The translations under genes were made by a program, and so were the position numbers. The notes beneath the pieces are model-generated. The model worked only from the letters and a program-made list of their open reading frames with translations, had not been told where the DNA came from and made no database searches. A stretch of DNA of 64,000 nucleotides from an uncultured Planctomycetales bacterium (GTDB lineage Bacteria; Omnitrophota; Gorgyraeia; Zapsychrales; Fredricksoniimonadaceae). This document shows positions 19,543 through 30,290 of the stretch, piece by piece. Location: NCBI GenBank assembly GCA_964572155.1, contig CAZNDZ010000001.1, forward strand, positions 15,300 to 79,299. The letters run 5' to 3'. Within the stretch, counting starts at the first letter, position 1, and every line of letters starts with the position of its first letter.

Positions 19543-21672
19543 TTAAATAAAGACTAAATCCTCACCTTGGGCATCCACCGCGATCGCTTGACCTTCTTTT
19601 AATTCACCTTGCAATAAACGCATGGCAATGGGGTCTTGCAATAGTTTCTGCATCACGCGTTTTAGCGGCCTTGCCCCATAGATTGGATCATAGCCTTGAT
19701 GAACTAACAAATCTTTGGCTTTTGTAGTCACGTCAATTGTGATCTTACGATCTTCCAAGCGTCGTGCCAAAAGACCTAGTTGCACGTCAACAATCTTTCT
19801 GACTTCATCTTGTCCTAAACGGTTAAAGACAATGATGTCATCCAACCGATTTAAGAATTCTGGCTTAAAGTGCTGACGCATGGCTTGTAAAATGATTTGA
19901 CGCACGTCTTTGCTGCTTTTAATATCAGCTGTTTCTGCCGTGCCAATATTTGATGTCATGATCACAATGGTGTTTTTAAAATTGACCACGCGACCTTGAG
20001 AATCTGTTAAGCGCCCGTCGTCTAACAATTGCAACAATACATTAAACACGTCGGGATGTGCTTTTTCAATCTCATCAAATAAAACAACCGCATATGGCCT
20101 GCGACGCACGGCCTCGGTTAATTGACCGCCTTCTTCAAAGCCAACATACCCTGGGGGCGCCCCAATCAAGCGGGCAACGGAATGTTTTTCCATATACTCG
20201 CTCATATCAATGCGCACCATGGCATTTTCATCGTCAAACAAGAACCATGCCAAAGATTTGGCGAGCTCTGTCTTACCGACACCCGTGGGCCCAACAAAAA
20301 TAAACGATCCCAAAGGTCGACGAGGATCACTTAATCCTGTGCGTGAGCGACGGATACAAGATGCAATGCTATCAATCGCATCGCTTTGCCCAATGACCCG
20401 CACCTTCATTGCCTTCTCCATATCAATGAGCTTTTGTGTCTCAGCTTGCATGAGCTTTGATAAGGGGATTTTTGTCCATTTCGAAATAATTTCGGCAACA
20501 TCGCTCTCGTCGACTTCTTCTTTAAGCAAAGCGCCACCCGATTGAACCTTAGCTAATTCTTGATTCTTAGCTTCTAATTCCTTTTGTAAAAGCCCAATGG
20601 TGCCATAACGGATCTCAGCGACTTTATTTAAATCACCGATTTTTTCCGCCTTGGCTTCTTCCAAACGGCTCGATTCGATTTTTGCTTTAATGGCACGGAT
20701 GCGATCAATGACCGCTTTTTCATTTTGCCAACGCACGCGCATTTCTTTGTTCTTTTCTTTTAAAACGCTTAAATCAGCCTCGATTTTATTTGATCGCTCT
20801 TTAGATGCCGCATCTGTTTCTTTGCGCAATGCTTGGCGTTCAATTTCTAAACGCCTGATCTCACGTTCATTCTGATCTAATTCTTGGGGCATGCTGTCAA
20901 TTTCGATGCGCAATTTTGAAGCAGCCTCGTCGATCAAATCAATGGCTTTATCTGGTAAGAAACGTTCGGTGATATAGCGATCACTCATGACCGCGGCTGC
21001 GACGATGGCCGCATCTTGAATGCGCACCCCATGATGCACTTCATATTTTTCCTTAAGACCACGCAAAATGGTGATGGCATCTTCAACCGATGGTTCATTG
21101 ACCATGACCTGTTGAAAACGTCGCTCCAAGGCCGCATCTTTTTCAATATATTGCCTGTATTCGTCAAGCGTTGTTGCGCCAATGCATTTTAAAGAACCGC
21201 GCGCTAACGCGGGCTTAAGCAAGTTAGCGGCATCGACGCTGCCTTCGGCGCGTCCGGCCCCAACAATTGTATGTAACTCATCAATGAATAAAATAATGGA
21301 TCCATCATTGCCTTCAACCTCCTTTAAAACAGCTTTTAAACGATCTTCAAACTCCCCACGAAATTTTGCACCTGCCACCAACGCTCCCATATCTAAAACA
21401 ATGACGCGTTTGTGCTTTAATCCTTCTGGGACATCCCCAGTAAAAATACGTTGCGCTAAGCCTTCAACAATGGCTGTCTTACCAACCCCTGGTTCTCCAA
21501 TCAACACCGGATTGTTTTTCGTACGGCGTGACAATACTTGTATCACCCGACGGATTTCTTCCTCGCGCCCAATCACCGGATCTAACTTACCCTTAGCCGC
21601 TAAGTCCGTTAAATCCCGACCAAAACGTTCTAAAGCTGGTTTCTTTTCATCTTCATTTGGAATGATCTGCAT
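19543..21672 (-). CDS. clpB: ClpB-type AAA+ disaggregase lacking the N-terminal domain (NBD1-middle coiled coil-NBD2 only)
   Basis: Walker A motifs [15 protein letters not shown] (NBD1) and [15 protein letters not shown] (NBD2), a long coiled-coil M-domain between them, and the sensor motif GARPLKR. The ORF starts with GAGGAGG-N4-ATG directly at the position where NBD1 begins. 709 aa against about 860 for full-length ClpB. Confidence 0.85.
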   Translation of the reverse strand: MQIIPNEDEKKPALERFGRDLTDLAAKGKLDPVIGREEEIRRVIQVLSRRTKNNPVLIGEPGVGKTAIVEGLAQRIFTGDVPEGLKHKRVIVLDMGALVAGAKFRGEFEDRLKAVLKEVEGNDGSIILFIDELHTIVGAGRAEGSVDAANLLKPALARGSLKCIGATTLDEYRQYIEKDAALERRFQQVMVNEPSVEDAITILRGLKEKYEVHHGVRIQDAAIVAAAVMSDRYITERFLPDKAIDLIDEAASKLRIEIDSMPQELDQNEREIRRLEIERQALRKETDAASKERSNKIEADLSVLKEKNKEMRVRWQNEKAVIDRIRAIKAKIESSRLEEAKAEKIGDLNKVAEIRYGTIGLLQKELEAKNQELAKVQSGGALLKEEVDESDVAEIISKWTKIPLSKLMQAETQKLIDMEKAMKVRVIGQSDAIDSIASCIRRSRTGLSDPRRPLGSFIFVGPTGVGKTELAKSLAWFLFDDENAMVRIDMSEYMEKHSVARLIGAPPGYVGFEEGGQLTEAVRRRPYAVVLFDEIEKAHPDVFNVLLQLLDDGRLTDSQGRVVNFKNTIVIMTSNIGTAETADIKSSKDVRQIILQAMRQHFKPEFLNRLDDIIVFNRLGQDEVRKIVDVQLGLLARRLEDRKITIDVTTKAKDLLVHQGYDPIYGARPLKRVMQKLLQDPIAMRLLQGELKEGQAIAVDAQGEDLVFI

Positions 21673-21729
21673 ACATCCTCCTCACATGTCGGGCATAGTC
21701 ACACGTGAAAACATTGTGACGAAGCCTGA

Positions 21730-21756
21730 TTAGCACTCATGCTTCTCGTCTGCTAA
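21730..21756. promoter_or_regulatory. CIRCE-like inverted repeat (HrcA operator-like), copy 1, in the clpB leader
   Basis: Plus strand TTAGCACTC-N9-GTCTGCTAA; on the clpB strand it reads TTAGCAGAC-N9-GAGTGCTAA. CIRCE consensus is TTAGCACTC-N9-GAGTGCTAA, so 2 mismatches. It lies 58 nt upstream of the clpB ATG. Confidence 0.5.
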
Positions 21757-21786
21757 AAACTGATCAAAAAAATATGAGCGCCTTGA

Positions 21787-21813
21787 TTAGCACTCTAAGT
21801 ATTACACTGCTAA
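21787..21813. promoter_or_regulatory. CIRCE-like inverted repeat, copy 2, overlapping the -10 box of the clpB promoter
   Basis: Plus strand TTAGCACTC-N9-CACTGCTAA; on the clpB strand it reads TTAGCAGTG-N9-GAGTGCTAA, so 2 mismatches to consensus. Confidence 0.5.
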
Positions 21814-21839
21814 TATATCACTTTATTGTTTTTTGTCAA
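21812..21839 (-). promoter_or_regulatory. Sigma70-like promoter of clpB-hsp20 (TTGACA-N16-TATATT)
   Basis: On the minus strand a perfect -35 TTGACA (plus-strand coordinates 21834..21839), a 16-nt spacer, then the -10 TATATT (21812..21817). CIRCE copy 2 begins within the -10 element. Confidence 0.5.
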
Positions 21840-21843
21840 GAGC

Positions 21844-23223
21844 CTAAAATATCCAGCACCCCCACGGTACATGTGAGAACCATAGGGCAAATATGATCAT
21901 GGCGCTTAATATTGCTTTTAAACATGCGGCAACGAGAGTGGCTAAAGGCGGAGAAAAACTCACGGCGATTAAACATAAACCTAACGCCATCACCATGTCT
22001 GCCAGCGGCACGACGGGGATATTGGCCAAGATGGATATCGGTGTGATCATGTGAAAGTGATATAGGATAATTGGTGCGGTTGCTATGAATGCTGCGATGG
22101 ATACGGCGATGGGTAATGCAATGAGCTTTGGGAGAAATGTTATTACACCTTCGATGGACTTAGTTAATACTAAGATGCCTAAAACCGCAGCAAAAGACAA
22201 TTGAAAGCCCACATCGAACAGATTATTTGGATCAAGGCACAATAAAATTAACGCAGCAAACCCTAATGTATTTAATGCATCCCCCTCGTATTCCCATGCA
22301 AATGTGGACAATAACACGGCGCTCATGATCGTGGCCCGCACAACCGATGGCGACCAGCCACTGGTATAGGCATATGCAAATAGAAAAATGGCTGTCATGA
22401 TAAACTTCCATCGTCGTGTAAACGGCATTAATTGGAATATAAAGAAAATTACTGTCACAACCACCGCCATATTCATCCCACTGATGGCAAGGATATGTGC
22501 TGTTCCTGTATTAACGAAAACTTCTTTAAGATCTTTAGGCATTTTATGACGATCACCAATCACCAACGCTGAAACAAAGGCCGCTTCACGAGGTGCAAGA
22601 TAGACGTCAAAAATTTGATTGATGTAAGCGCGCAAATTGTTAGCGCTGGCAATCATGGCATTGCCCTGATGAAAACCTAATGACTCAACTCCATCTTTTT
22701 GTGGGGAAAACATCCAATATATGCCGCGTTCTTGCAAATACTGACGATATGAGAAACTACCTGACCTCATATCATAGATTGGAAACATTTTGCCCTTAAT
22801 ACGCACACGTTGCCCATACCTCACATCCAATTGAGTTTCTCCCCATACCCTTAGTTTTACCGACCCGCTGACCTTGCGCCAATCTTCACCTACCTTTATT
22901 TGATAAACATTCACAAGTAAGTCATCAACAGACCGAACCACACCCTCAATGGCTTCACAATGTATAGCATTCCTATATGATAAAAATCCTAAGGAATCGT
23001 TGGGTAATAAATGACGCTGTGTGATCCAAACCATTCCCAAAACAAAAACAAGCACGTAAATGATCACCTGCATTTCTTTGAAAACATATAGAAGTAAAAA
23101 TGCACTGCCCCCTAAGAACAACCACCATAACGGCATCATCAACCACTTGCCTACAACGATCCCTAAGGCAAAGACAATGCACAGCATCAGACATGGACGA
23201 TGTGTTTTAATGTTCATGCCCAT
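21844..23223 (-). CDS. comEC: DNA internalisation competence protein ComEC/Rec2 (short form without a metallo-beta-lactamase domain)
   Basis: Polytopic membrane protein with the competence-domain motif GDRHKMPKDLKEVFVNTGTAHILAISGMNMAVV. 459 aa. Confidence 0.8.
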   Translation of the reverse strand: MGMNIKTHRPCLMLCIVFALGIVVGKWLMMPLWWLFLGGSAFLLLYVFKEMQVIIYVLVFVLGMVWITQRHLLPNDSLGFLSYRNAIHCEAIEGVVRSVDDLLVNVYQIKVGEDWRKVSGSVKLRVWGETQLDVRYGQRVRIKGKMFPIYDMRSGSFSYRQYLQERGIYWMFSPQKDGVESLGFHQGNAMIASANNLRAYINQIFDVYLAPREAAFVSALVIGDRHKMPKDLKEVFVNTGTAHILAISGMNMAVVVTVIFFIFQLMPFTRRWKFIMTAIFLFAYAYTSGWSPSVVRATIMSAVLLSTFAWEYEGDALNTLGFAALILLCLDPNNLFDVGFQLSFAAVLGILVLTKSIEGVITFLPKLIALPIAVSIAAFIATAPIILYHFHMITPISILANIPVVPLADMVMALGLCLIAVSFSPPLATLVAACLKAILSAMIIFALWFSHVPWGCWIF

Positions 23224-23578
23224 TTGCCTCTACATAAAATGCTTTGATTTTTTGGAAATTCTTTTTGGTTATGCCTTTGACTTTTTTAAGATCTTCCAGT
23301 GACTGAAAAGCCCCATGAGTTTGGCGATACTCAACAATGCGTTGTGCCGTCTTTGGACCAATACCGTCGATGCGTTCAATAAATTTCGCATCATCGCGAT
23401 TAATATCCGGCAGTCGTTTCTTGATTTTCTGACTTGAGGTTTTTACCCAACGTAGTGGCTTGGCATTAAACATCAATGCAGCATGGATGACCTGCCCAAG
23501 CAAACAAATGACAATAAACCCAACAATGACCTGACGTTCTTGAGGTGTTAGATGCAACATGAAATAAAACGGGGGCAT
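23207..23578 (-). CDS. comEA: Competence protein ComEA (helix-hairpin-helix DNA-binding)
   Basis: N-terminal TM, then the tandem HhH motif ININRDDAKFIERIDGIGPKTAQRIVEYRQTHGAFQSLEDLKKVKGI. Confidence 0.8.
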   Translation of the reverse strand: MPPFYFMLHLTPQERQVIVGFIVICLLGQVIHAALMFNAKPLRWVKTSSQKIKKRLPDINRDDAKFIERIDGIGPKTAQRIVEYRQTHGAFQSLEDLKKVKGITKKNFQKIKAFYVEANGHEH

Positions 23579-23626
23579 TAAAATAGAACGCCACGGGGGA
23601 TGGCGTTTGAAACAACAATATATTAC

Positions 23627-24907
23627 CTAAAACAACTGCATTTGTCCATGATCTGCTTGCGCCTGCTTCTTAAATTTTTTTGGACTTTCATGAATGTCAG
23701 GTAAAAATGGTGATGGGCTTAATTGCACGGGCTTACCAAAAAGTTGTCGACGATGTGCATAGGTTAAATATAAACATTCCTTGGCACGCGACATGCCAAC
23801 AAAAAATAAGCGACGCTCTGCTTCTATATCAGCTTTCATATGTTCTACGTCTAAGGGCAATAGTTTATCTTCACAGCCAATGATAAACACAACAGAAAAT
23901 TCTAAACCTTTCGCCGCATGTATCGACAATAAGACAACTTTTGCTGACGCATATTCTAATGTGTTTTCATCTTGATGGGGAATGCCCAAATGATCCAAAG
24001 CCTGCGTCATAACATGTCGCAGCGCATCTAAACGATACAAGATAGCAATGTCAGCAAGAATACGGTGCGTGCCCATCATCTTTTCAATTTGAGATGCGAC
24101 ATAATCCGCTTCCGCACGATCACTCATAGACGCATGCGTGATTATTTTTCTATTTCTAAAATAACGCAGGTTTTCGTTTAATTTTAATACCGTCGCCCCA
24201 TCAAAGTCTTGCTCAAAACGATGGATTAAAGAAACTTTCGCCGCATGACACCTGTCAATGCTTTGATCAGGATCTCCAAACGCCGTGACAATGCCTGTAT
24301 TGCCCGCCAAACGTTTTAACAACGCATGTTGCACAACATTAATATCTTCATATGCGTCGATAAAAATATAAGGATATTGCTGTTGCAATGTATTACAAAT
24401 AGACTCATCTTCCAGCAATTCTAAGGCTTCCCGCAAGATATCATCCGCATCAATCAGCCCTGCTTGGCGTAAAGCGCGTGTATACATTTTAAATTCTTCA
24501 TCAGGATTAATGACTAATTGGGTGGACTTGATCAAGCTAATGCGTTCACGCATGGACTTATCAAAATTTTTTAAATCATCATCAGACGCCACCTTGAAAT
24601 CTTTAGGAAGAGCCGTCTTATCTAAATGAGTGCGTAATAGTTCTAAACAAAATGCATGAAATGTCCCTGCAAACACATGACGTTTGGCCACATCAAGGGC
24701 CATCAATTGATATTCTAACTGTGCCGCTGCTTTATTAGTAAACGTTATAGCAAGAACTTGCTTATCTGCTTTTAGATAAGTTACAAAACGTGCGATGCGA
24801 TGCGCCAAGATATACGTCTTACCCGTGCCTGGACCACCCACAATTAAAACATGGCCGCCGCAATGATCAATCGCTTGCTGTTGTGCAGGATTTAATTGAT
24901 TTGCCAT
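23627..24907 (-). CDS. Short UvrD/PcrA-family superfamily-1 DNA helicase (motor domains only)
   Basis: LNPAQQQAIDHCGGHVLIVGGPGTGKT (Walker A), ...ILAITFTNKAA, a DEDQ-like box (GDPDQSI), and C-terminal VGMSRAKECLYLTYA (motif VI). 426 aa. Confidence 0.75.
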   Translation of the reverse strand: MANQLNPAQQQAIDHCGGHVLIVGGPGTGKTYILAHRIARFVTYLKADKQVLAITFTNKAAAQLEYQLMALDVAKRHVFAGTFHAFCLELLRTHLDKTALPKDFKVASDDDLKNFDKSMRERISLIKSTQLVINPDEEFKMYTRALRQAGLIDADDILREALELLEDESICNTLQQQYPYIFIDAYEDINVVQHALLKRLAGNTGIVTAFGDPDQSIDRCHAAKVSLIHRFEQDFDGATVLKLNENLRYFRNRKIITHASMSDRAEADYVASQIEKMMGTHRILADIAILYRLDALRHVMTQALDHLGIPHQDENTLEYASAKVVLLSIHAAKGLEFSVVFIIGCEDKLLPLDVEHMKADIEAERRLFFVGMSRAKECLYLTYAHRRQLFGKPVQLSPSPFLPDIHESPKKFKKQAQADHGQMQLF

Positions 24908-26193
24908 TACACTATTGCCATCTGACGATCGATGGCGTCGCGTTCTTGATCTGAGAATATTTTAATCGTACCAAATTCCCCGTCGTATCCGGGGGCAATC
25001 TGGACTTTACCTTCACGCGTGCGACGTATGCCCTCAGCGATAATATCACCTGCAGCTTTCTTGATTTGATCAATGGGCATATCGCACAAGATATGAAATT
25101 CACTACCTAAATTTTTTAACATGTCCTGATAAACAGCTTGCACGGCTTTAGAGGCGGAGCCTACATCTTTGGCTTCGGAAATGATTTCTGGTAGCGGGAT
25201 TAAACTTTTATACGGTCGTGCACGTGGTGCTTTGCGACCTTCGGGATGATCGGCTAGCTCCTCAACACGGGCCATAACACCGACTGTCACTTCTTTTTTA
25301 CAGACGGGACATAGGCCCTTATGCTTGATTGTTTCTTGAGGGTGCAAACGGGTTTGGCAATTGCGATGGCCGTCATAATGATACTTCCCTTCTTCTGGGA
25401 AAAATTCTAGTGTACCAACTAAACCTTTATCTTTCACGTCAGACAATGCTTTATAGATGGCCGAATAAGAAAGCTCTGTATCAAAAATATTGGCTTCACG
25501 TCCTAACTTCGACGGTGAATGCGCATCAGAATTCGAAATCGAGATATAAGGATCCAATTGTTTCAAACGCCAATTCATGACAGGGTCCGACGATAAGCCC
25601 GTCTCAACGGCATAGATATGCTTGGTTAAATCGGCAAAACAATCTTCCATACGGTCAAACCCACCCATAGAACCTAAAGCGGAAAACCATGGCGTCCAAA
25701 TATGTGCAGGGACAAATAAATTCTTAGGATCTGCCTCTAATGCGATCTCTAATAAATCCCGCGAATCAAGCCCTAAAATTGGTCGCCCGTCAGATTTGAT
25801 ATTTCCTATAGCATTTAATTTTGCTTGGACACGCTTCGCCGATTCAAATGATGGGAACCAAATTAAATTATGGACCTTACGTACTTTATCTAACCGCTTA
25901 TAAATATTTGAAATCTCGACGGTCAACATGAAACGCACCGGCATGCGGCACGCAGGTGGAACCTGAGCTTCCATGGGCTTTGCAAACGTGTCTTTGAGTT
26001 TAAACAATCCCTCTTCAGCAGGCTCTAGTTTCGTTTCTAATTCTTTAAGCCATTGAGGATGAACACAATCTCCGGTGCCAACCAGATGAATACCTTTGAG
26101 CTGGGCCCAAACATATAAATTTTCTAAATCTAAATTTTTTGCCGTGGCTCGGGAATAGTGGGAATGGATGTGCAGGTCGGCGTAAAACTTCAT
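24907..26193 (-). CDS. PHP-domain phosphoesterase (TIGR00375-like) with a C-terminal zinc-ribbon-like motif
   Basis: N-terminus [16 protein letters not shown] (PHP HxH motif). Further His/Asp clusters (NSDAHSP). [11 protein letters not shown] near the C-terminus. The start coincides with the helicase stop, which suggests translational coupling. Confidence 0.7.
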   Translation of the reverse strand: MKFYADLHIHSHYSRATAKNLDLENLYVWAQLKGIHLVGTGDCVHPQWLKELETKLEPAEEGLFKLKDTFAKPMEAQVPPACRMPVRFMLTVEISNIYKRLDKVRKVHNLIWFPSFESAKRVQAKLNAIGNIKSDGRPILGLDSRDLLEIALEADPKNLFVPAHIWTPWFSALGSMGGFDRMEDCFADLTKHIYAVETGLSSDPVMNWRLKQLDPYISISNSDAHSPSKLGREANIFDTELSYSAIYKALSDVKDKGLVGTLEFFPEEGKYHYDGHRNCQTRLHPQETIKHKGLCPVCKKEVTVGVMARVEELADHPEGRKAPRARPYKSLIPLPEIISEAKDVGSASKAVQAVYQDMLKNLGSEFHILCDMPIDQIKKAAGDIIAEGIRRTREGKVQIAPGYDGEFGTIKIFSDQERDAIDRQMAIV

Positions 26194-28649
26194 ACTACTA
26201 TACTAACAAGTTTATTCGGCACAACAATGATCTTTTTGATGGTCTGATTTTCGAGATATTTAACAACATTAGGTTCTGCGATGGCGGCTGCTTGTATGAC
26301 GTCTTGGGCGCTTCCCGCTGGCATTAAAATCTGGCCGCGAACTTTGCCATTAACTTGAACAGCATAATTGATATTACTTAAAACCAAAGCGCTTTCATCT
26401 ACAAGCGGCCAATTAACACGACACACTGTTTTTTCTGTCTTACCCATCATCTGCCACATTTCTTCGGCGACATGCGGAGCAAATGGGGTTAATAACAAAA
26501 CCAATGTTTCGATGGCTTGATTTAATAAAGCATTATTTGTTTTATATTTATCAATTGCATTGGCCAAGACCATCATATGGCTGATCGCTGAATTAAATTT
26601 ATACCCTTCATCAAAACTTGCAGCAATTTTCTTAATCGCACTATTACGTTCACGTTCTAATTCTTTGGCAGCATCGTCAGCAACTTGAAGAGCATCTTTA
26701 ATATCTTTGTTATAACGTTTCTCAACCATCATATACACACGGTTTAGGAAGCGCCATGCACCTTCTAACCCGTCGCTATTCCATTCCAATTGATCTTCGG
26801 GAGGCGCCGCAAATAAAATAAACAAACGCAATGTGTCTGCGCCATACTTCGACAACACTTCATCAGGATCGACCGTATTCCCACGGGATTTTGACATAAC
26901 CTCACCATCTTTGAGCACCATGCCCTGCGTCAATAATCTATCAAATGGTTCACTCACATCAACTAAACCTAAATCTTTTAGGAACTTTGTAAAGAAGCGC
27001 GAATACAGCAAATGCAAGATCGCATGTTCAATGCCGCCGATATATTGATCAACGGGCATCCAATATTTGGCTTCATTTTTATCAAAGATGACTTTATCGT
27101 TATGCGCAGAGCAAAAACGCAAAAAATACCAGGATGAATCAAAAAAGGTCGCCATAGTATCCATTTCACGACGGGCTGGTTTATTGCATTTTGGACATTT
27201 ACAGTCGACAAACTCTTTAACCTTAGCCAGCGGTGAACCACCTTCACCGGTGATTTTCACATTTTTAGGCAACTCAACAGGCAATTGTGCATCAGGCACA
27301 GGAACCACGCCGCAGGTATCGCAATAAATCATCGGGATGGGCGCACCCCAATATCGCTGACGAGAAATCAACCAATCACGCAAGCGCCAATGGACAGAAA
27401 CCTTGCCCATGTTTTGTGCTTCAATCCATTTGGCAATCTGTTCTTTAGCCGCTTCATTGGCAACACCATCAAATTGTTTGGAATTAACAAGCACACCTTC
27501 GTCGACAAAAGCTTCTGTCATTTGCTCAAGCGTAGCATCAGGGGCTTTAGGATTTTTAATGACAACGCGCATCGGCAGCTTATGCTCTTTAGCAAATTCA
27601 AAATCACGTTGATCATGAGTCGGCACCGCCATGATCGCACCCGTCCCATATTCCATGAGGACATAATCTCCGATGAAAACCGGAATGCTCTCACCATTGA
27701 CGGGATTAATGGCATTAACACCCAACGCCATACCTTCTTTGCGTTGATCACCGGACATGCGCATGGACTTTGATTTGTTGGCGGTCTTTGCGATAAAATC
27801 TAAGATGGCTTTTTCTTGCGGCTTCCCAGCTATTAATTTCTTAACCAAAGCATGTTCTGGGGCGAGCACAACGTAGGTTGCACCAAAAATCGTGTCAGCA
27901 CGGGTCGTAAAAACGCGGATGACGTCAGCAGAATCTTTGACTTTAAAATGAATCTCAACGCCGTAACTTTTGCCAATCCAATTTTCCTGCATGGCCTTCA
28001 CGCGACTGGGCCAATTATTCAATTGCTTTAAATCTTCGAGCAAGGTTTGTGAATATTGTGTGATCTTTAAATACCATTGCTCTAAATCTTTTTGAACAAC
28101 TTCCGTTTTACAACGCCAACAGGCTCCATTGATGACTTCTTCATTGGCGAGCGTCGTCGCACAACTCGAACACCAATTAACCGGCGAGGCTTTGCGATAC
28201 GCTAAGCCACGCTCAAACATCTTTATAAAAATCCACTGATTCCACTTATAGTAGCTGGCATCGCACGTCGAGATCTCACGATCATAGTCGTAAGAGAAAC
28301 CCATCTTAAGCAATTCATCATGCATTTGACCAATACACTTATAGGTCCAGTCACTTGGGTCGGTGTTATGTTTAATCGCGGCATTTTCAGCAGGTTGGCC
28401 AAAAGCATCGTAGCCGATGGGGTGCAACACATTAAAGCCTTGCATCATCTTATAACGGGCGATCACATCCGCGATTGTGTAGTTACGGACATGACCCATG
28501 TGAATCTTACCCGATGGGTATGGGAACATTTCAAGGCAGTAATATTTCTTCTTTGACGGATCAGCATCAACCTTAAAGGTTTTGTGATCACGCCAAAACT
28601 TCTGCCATTTCTGCTCTATATGCTTGATGTCATTGGTTGTGTAGGGCAT
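26190..28649 (-). CDS. leuS: Leucine--tRNA ligase
   Basis: [22 protein letters not shown] (HIGH motif region), a CP1 editing domain, and the KMSKS-equivalent VMSKSRGN. 819 aa. Confidence 0.95.
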   Translation of the reverse strand: MPYTTNDIKHIEQKWQKFWRDHKTFKVDADPSKKKYYCLEMFPYPSGKIHMGHVRNYTIADVIARYKMMQGFNVLHPIGYDAFGQPAENAAIKHNTDPSDWTYKCIGQMHDELLKMGFSYDYDREISTCDASYYKWNQWIFIKMFERGLAYRKASPVNWCSSCATTLANEEVINGACWRCKTEVVQKDLEQWYLKITQYSQTLLEDLKQLNNWPSRVKAMQENWIGKSYGVEIHFKVKDSADVIRVFTTRADTIFGATYVVLAPEHALVKKLIAGKPQEKAILDFIAKTANKSKSMRMSGDQRKEGMALGVNAINPVNGESIPVFIGDYVLMEYGTGAIMAVPTHDQRDFEFAKEHKLPMRVVIKNPKAPDATLEQMTEAFVDEGVLVNSKQFDGVANEAAKEQIAKWIEAQNMGKVSVHWRLRDWLISRQRYWGAPIPMIYCDTCGVVPVPDAQLPVELPKNVKITGEGGSPLAKVKEFVDCKCPKCNKPARREMDTMATFFDSSWYFLRFCSAHNDKVIFDKNEAKYWMPVDQYIGGIEHAILHLLYSRFFTKFLKDLGLVDVSEPFDRLLTQGMVLKDGEVMSKSRGNTVDPDEVLSKYGADTLRLFILFAAPPEDQLEWNSDGLEGAWRFLNRVYMMVEKRYNKDIKDALQVADDAAKELERERNSAIKKIAASFDEGYKFNSAISHMMVLANAIDKYKTNNALLNQAIETLVLLLTPFAPHVAEEMWQMMGKTEKTVCRVNWPLVDESALVLSNINYAVQVNGKVRGQILMPAGSAQDVIQAAAIAEPNVVKYLENQTIKKIIVVPNKLVSIVV

Positions 28650-28673
28650 GATGCTCTATCGGAACTTAAAGAC

Positions 28674-29093
28674 TTATTTTGCGCTAAGGGCTTTGGCGGG
28701 AGCCTCTGCGTCAGCGTAATAACTAAGTCCACGTTCGACAAATTGCGATTCGACTTTCTTTGGACCAAAGAAACGTTTGCAGAAATCTTCAGCCTTCTTT
28801 TTGTCAAATTCACGGCAGCAATAAATGTCTACGGTGATAAAATCTTTAGGGGTTAAGGTATGGATAACAATTGAGCTTTCGATCAATGGCACCCAACCGG
28901 AAAGGCCTGCTTTATCTGGAAAACGCACATCGTCACTTTTGAAAATAGATGGTGGCGCTTGTTTCTCCATCCCCAAAAAACCCACAATCTCGTCGAGGAA
29001 ATTGTAGCAAAGTGTGAGGTCGTCACAAACACCTGGTTTGCAACCATACAGATCAACTAATAATTCATACCCGAATACCCCGGCTTTGCTCAT
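28674..29093 (-). CDS. speH: S-adenosylmethionine decarboxylase proenzyme, class 1A (pyruvoyl-dependent)
   Basis: GYELLVDLYGC...VPLIESSIVIHTLTPK contains the E|S self-processing site and matches SpeH/SpeD class 1A enzymes. 139 aa. RBS AAGGAG upstream. Confidence 0.85.
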   Translation of the reverse strand: MSKAGVFGYELLVDLYGCKPGVCDDLTLCYNFLDEIVGFLGMEKQAPPSIFKSDDVRFPDKAGLSGWVPLIESSIVIHTLTPKDFITVDIYCCREFDKKKAEDFCKRFFGPKKVESQFVERGLSYYADAEAPAKALSAK

Positions 29094-29194
29094 GGGCTTG
29101 TGCGCTCCTTGTAAACTACGTTAATAAACGGTTTATTATACAAAAAATTCTTCTCTTGCAAAGATATATTTTATTACACAATGCTAAAAGAACT

Positions 29195-29242
29195 CCCTAC
29201 TAAATAACTCCTGCTAGCGGACCTGCCTGCCGGCAGGTAGGA
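29195..29242 (-). terminator. Putative intrinsic terminator downstream of the small membrane-protein gene
   Basis: GC-rich hairpin (stem ACCTGCC/GGCAGGT with a 4-nt loop, extended by CTCCT/AGGAG), followed on the minus strand by a U-rich tract (UUAUUUAG). Confidence 0.4.
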
Positions 29243-29272
29243 GAGCTTTGCAACTGGTTGCAAACAGAAAGA

Positions 29273-29662
29273 CTACTTTCCAGCACCTTTATTACACAAA
29301 TTTAAATAAACAATCCAAAGAGGTAGAAATAGAAATAAATATATGCCTCCGCATGCTAGCAGAGCAAAACCCCTGCTAGTTTCTAATTGATCTTGATACA
29401 TAAAAATAAGGCAAAACAAAGTAATAACTACTAGACCAATAAGTAACGCTAAACTAATCTTTGGTTTAGATAAAGACATCGAGCGATCATTGAACAAATT
29501 CATTAAAAAAGGACCTGTGAAAAAAACTATTACACCTATTAATATAGGCCCATCAATATAAGATTGAACTTCTTTAGGAAGATTTTTCAAAGCCCAAATA
29601 AAAACTAAATTAGCTACGATTGCCGTTAAATTAAGAATTTTAATCATTTCATCTCCGATCAC
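29273..29662 (-). CDS. Hypothetical small integral membrane protein (3-4 TM helices)
   Basis: 129 aa and highly hydrophobic (LTAIVANLVFIWAL, ILIGVIVFFTGPFLMNLF, LIGLVVITLFCLIFMY, GGIYLFLFLPLWIVYL). Sits in an AT-rich islet. No recognisable motif. Confidence 0.4.
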   Translation of the reverse strand: MIGDEMIKILNLTAIVANLVFIWALKNLPKEVQSYIDGPILIGVIVFFTGPFLMNLFNDRSMSLSKPKISLALLIGLVVITLFCLIFMYQDQLETSRGFALLACGGIYLFLFLPLWIVYLNLCNKGAGK

Positions 29663-29732
29663 TTAACATAAAAGACCCGTTGCAAATGTATCAATTACAG
29701 CGGGTTTTGATATAGCCCCTCTAGTTAATTTG

Positions 29733-29981
29733 TTAAACGTGCACTAAAGGATGTTTCTTAGGATTTAAAAGCGCATCAACAGAAAGGTCTTCGTCAATCA
29801 ACGGCCAATGAATTCCATAACCTGAGGGTGATACTTTATATGTTTCGCGTTCTTTCTTGGACGCCTTAAGAAGCCTTTTAGATGCTTTGGTTAAATTAAC
29901 AACCACCTCTGTACCATCCACCTTCATCTTCATAAGCGAACCGGAAAAGACTATTTTCTGAACTTTATGAATCGCTTTCAT
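29733..29981 (-). CDS. DUF2442-family small protein
   Basis: 82 aa. ...YKVSPSGYGIHWPLIDEDLSVDALL matches the conserved C-terminal IHWP..DEDLS motif of DUF2442. Immediately downstream of a DUF4160 gene with no gap. Confidence 0.55.
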   Translation of the reverse strand: MKAIHKVQKIVFSGSLMKMKVDGTEVVVNLTKASKRLLKASKKERETYKVSPSGYGIHWPLIDEDLSVDALLNPKKHPLVHV

Positions 29982-30233
29982 TTATTTTCTCCTCTCAAAT
30001 TCGTTCCATTGATCAATTATATAATCAAAATGATCAAAAATAATGCGACGAATTTGTCTTTTATCATTCGCTTTCAAGCCAGACGCATAAGCTTCTTCAA
30101 TATCAAACTTTTTAACATCTAGCCAAAACTTACATTCCATTTCTGCTTTTCTTGCATGAATATGGATCGGCTCATTATTTTCATTTGAATAAAAGAACAG
30201 TCTCCATCCTAATATTTCTAATATCGTCGGCAT
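29982..30233 (-). CDS. DUF4160-family small protein
   Basis: 83 aa. NEPIHIHARKAEMECKFWLD matches the DUF4160 EPPHVHV-like core. Classic adjacent pairing with DUF2442. Confidence 0.55.
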   Translation of the reverse strand: MPTILEILGWRLFFYSNENNEPIHIHARKAEMECKFWLDVKKFDIEEAYASGLKANDKRQIRRIIFDHFDYIIDQWNEFERRK

Positions 30234-30249
30234 AGCTAAACTATATCAC

Positions 30250-30290
30250 AACAAAAAAGACGCTGCAAACTTAATGTTTACAGCGTCTTA
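30250..30290 (-). terminator. Rho-independent terminator downstream of the methyltransferase gene
   Basis: A 14-bp stem with one mismatch (AAGACGCUGUAAAC / GUUUGCAGCGUCUU on the minus strand), followed by UUUUGUUGUG. Confidence 0.5.

Noticed and set aside
21182-21733. 183-aa plus-strand ORF, and similar ORFs such as 12193..12753, 44770..45234, 27285..27773, 51905..52381 and 36185..36391
   Set aside because: These lie entirely inside, or in alternative frames of, well-supported genes (clpB, pilin-like gene, permease, leuS, OMP gene, mnmG) and have no recognisable motifs. Treated as shadow ORFs.
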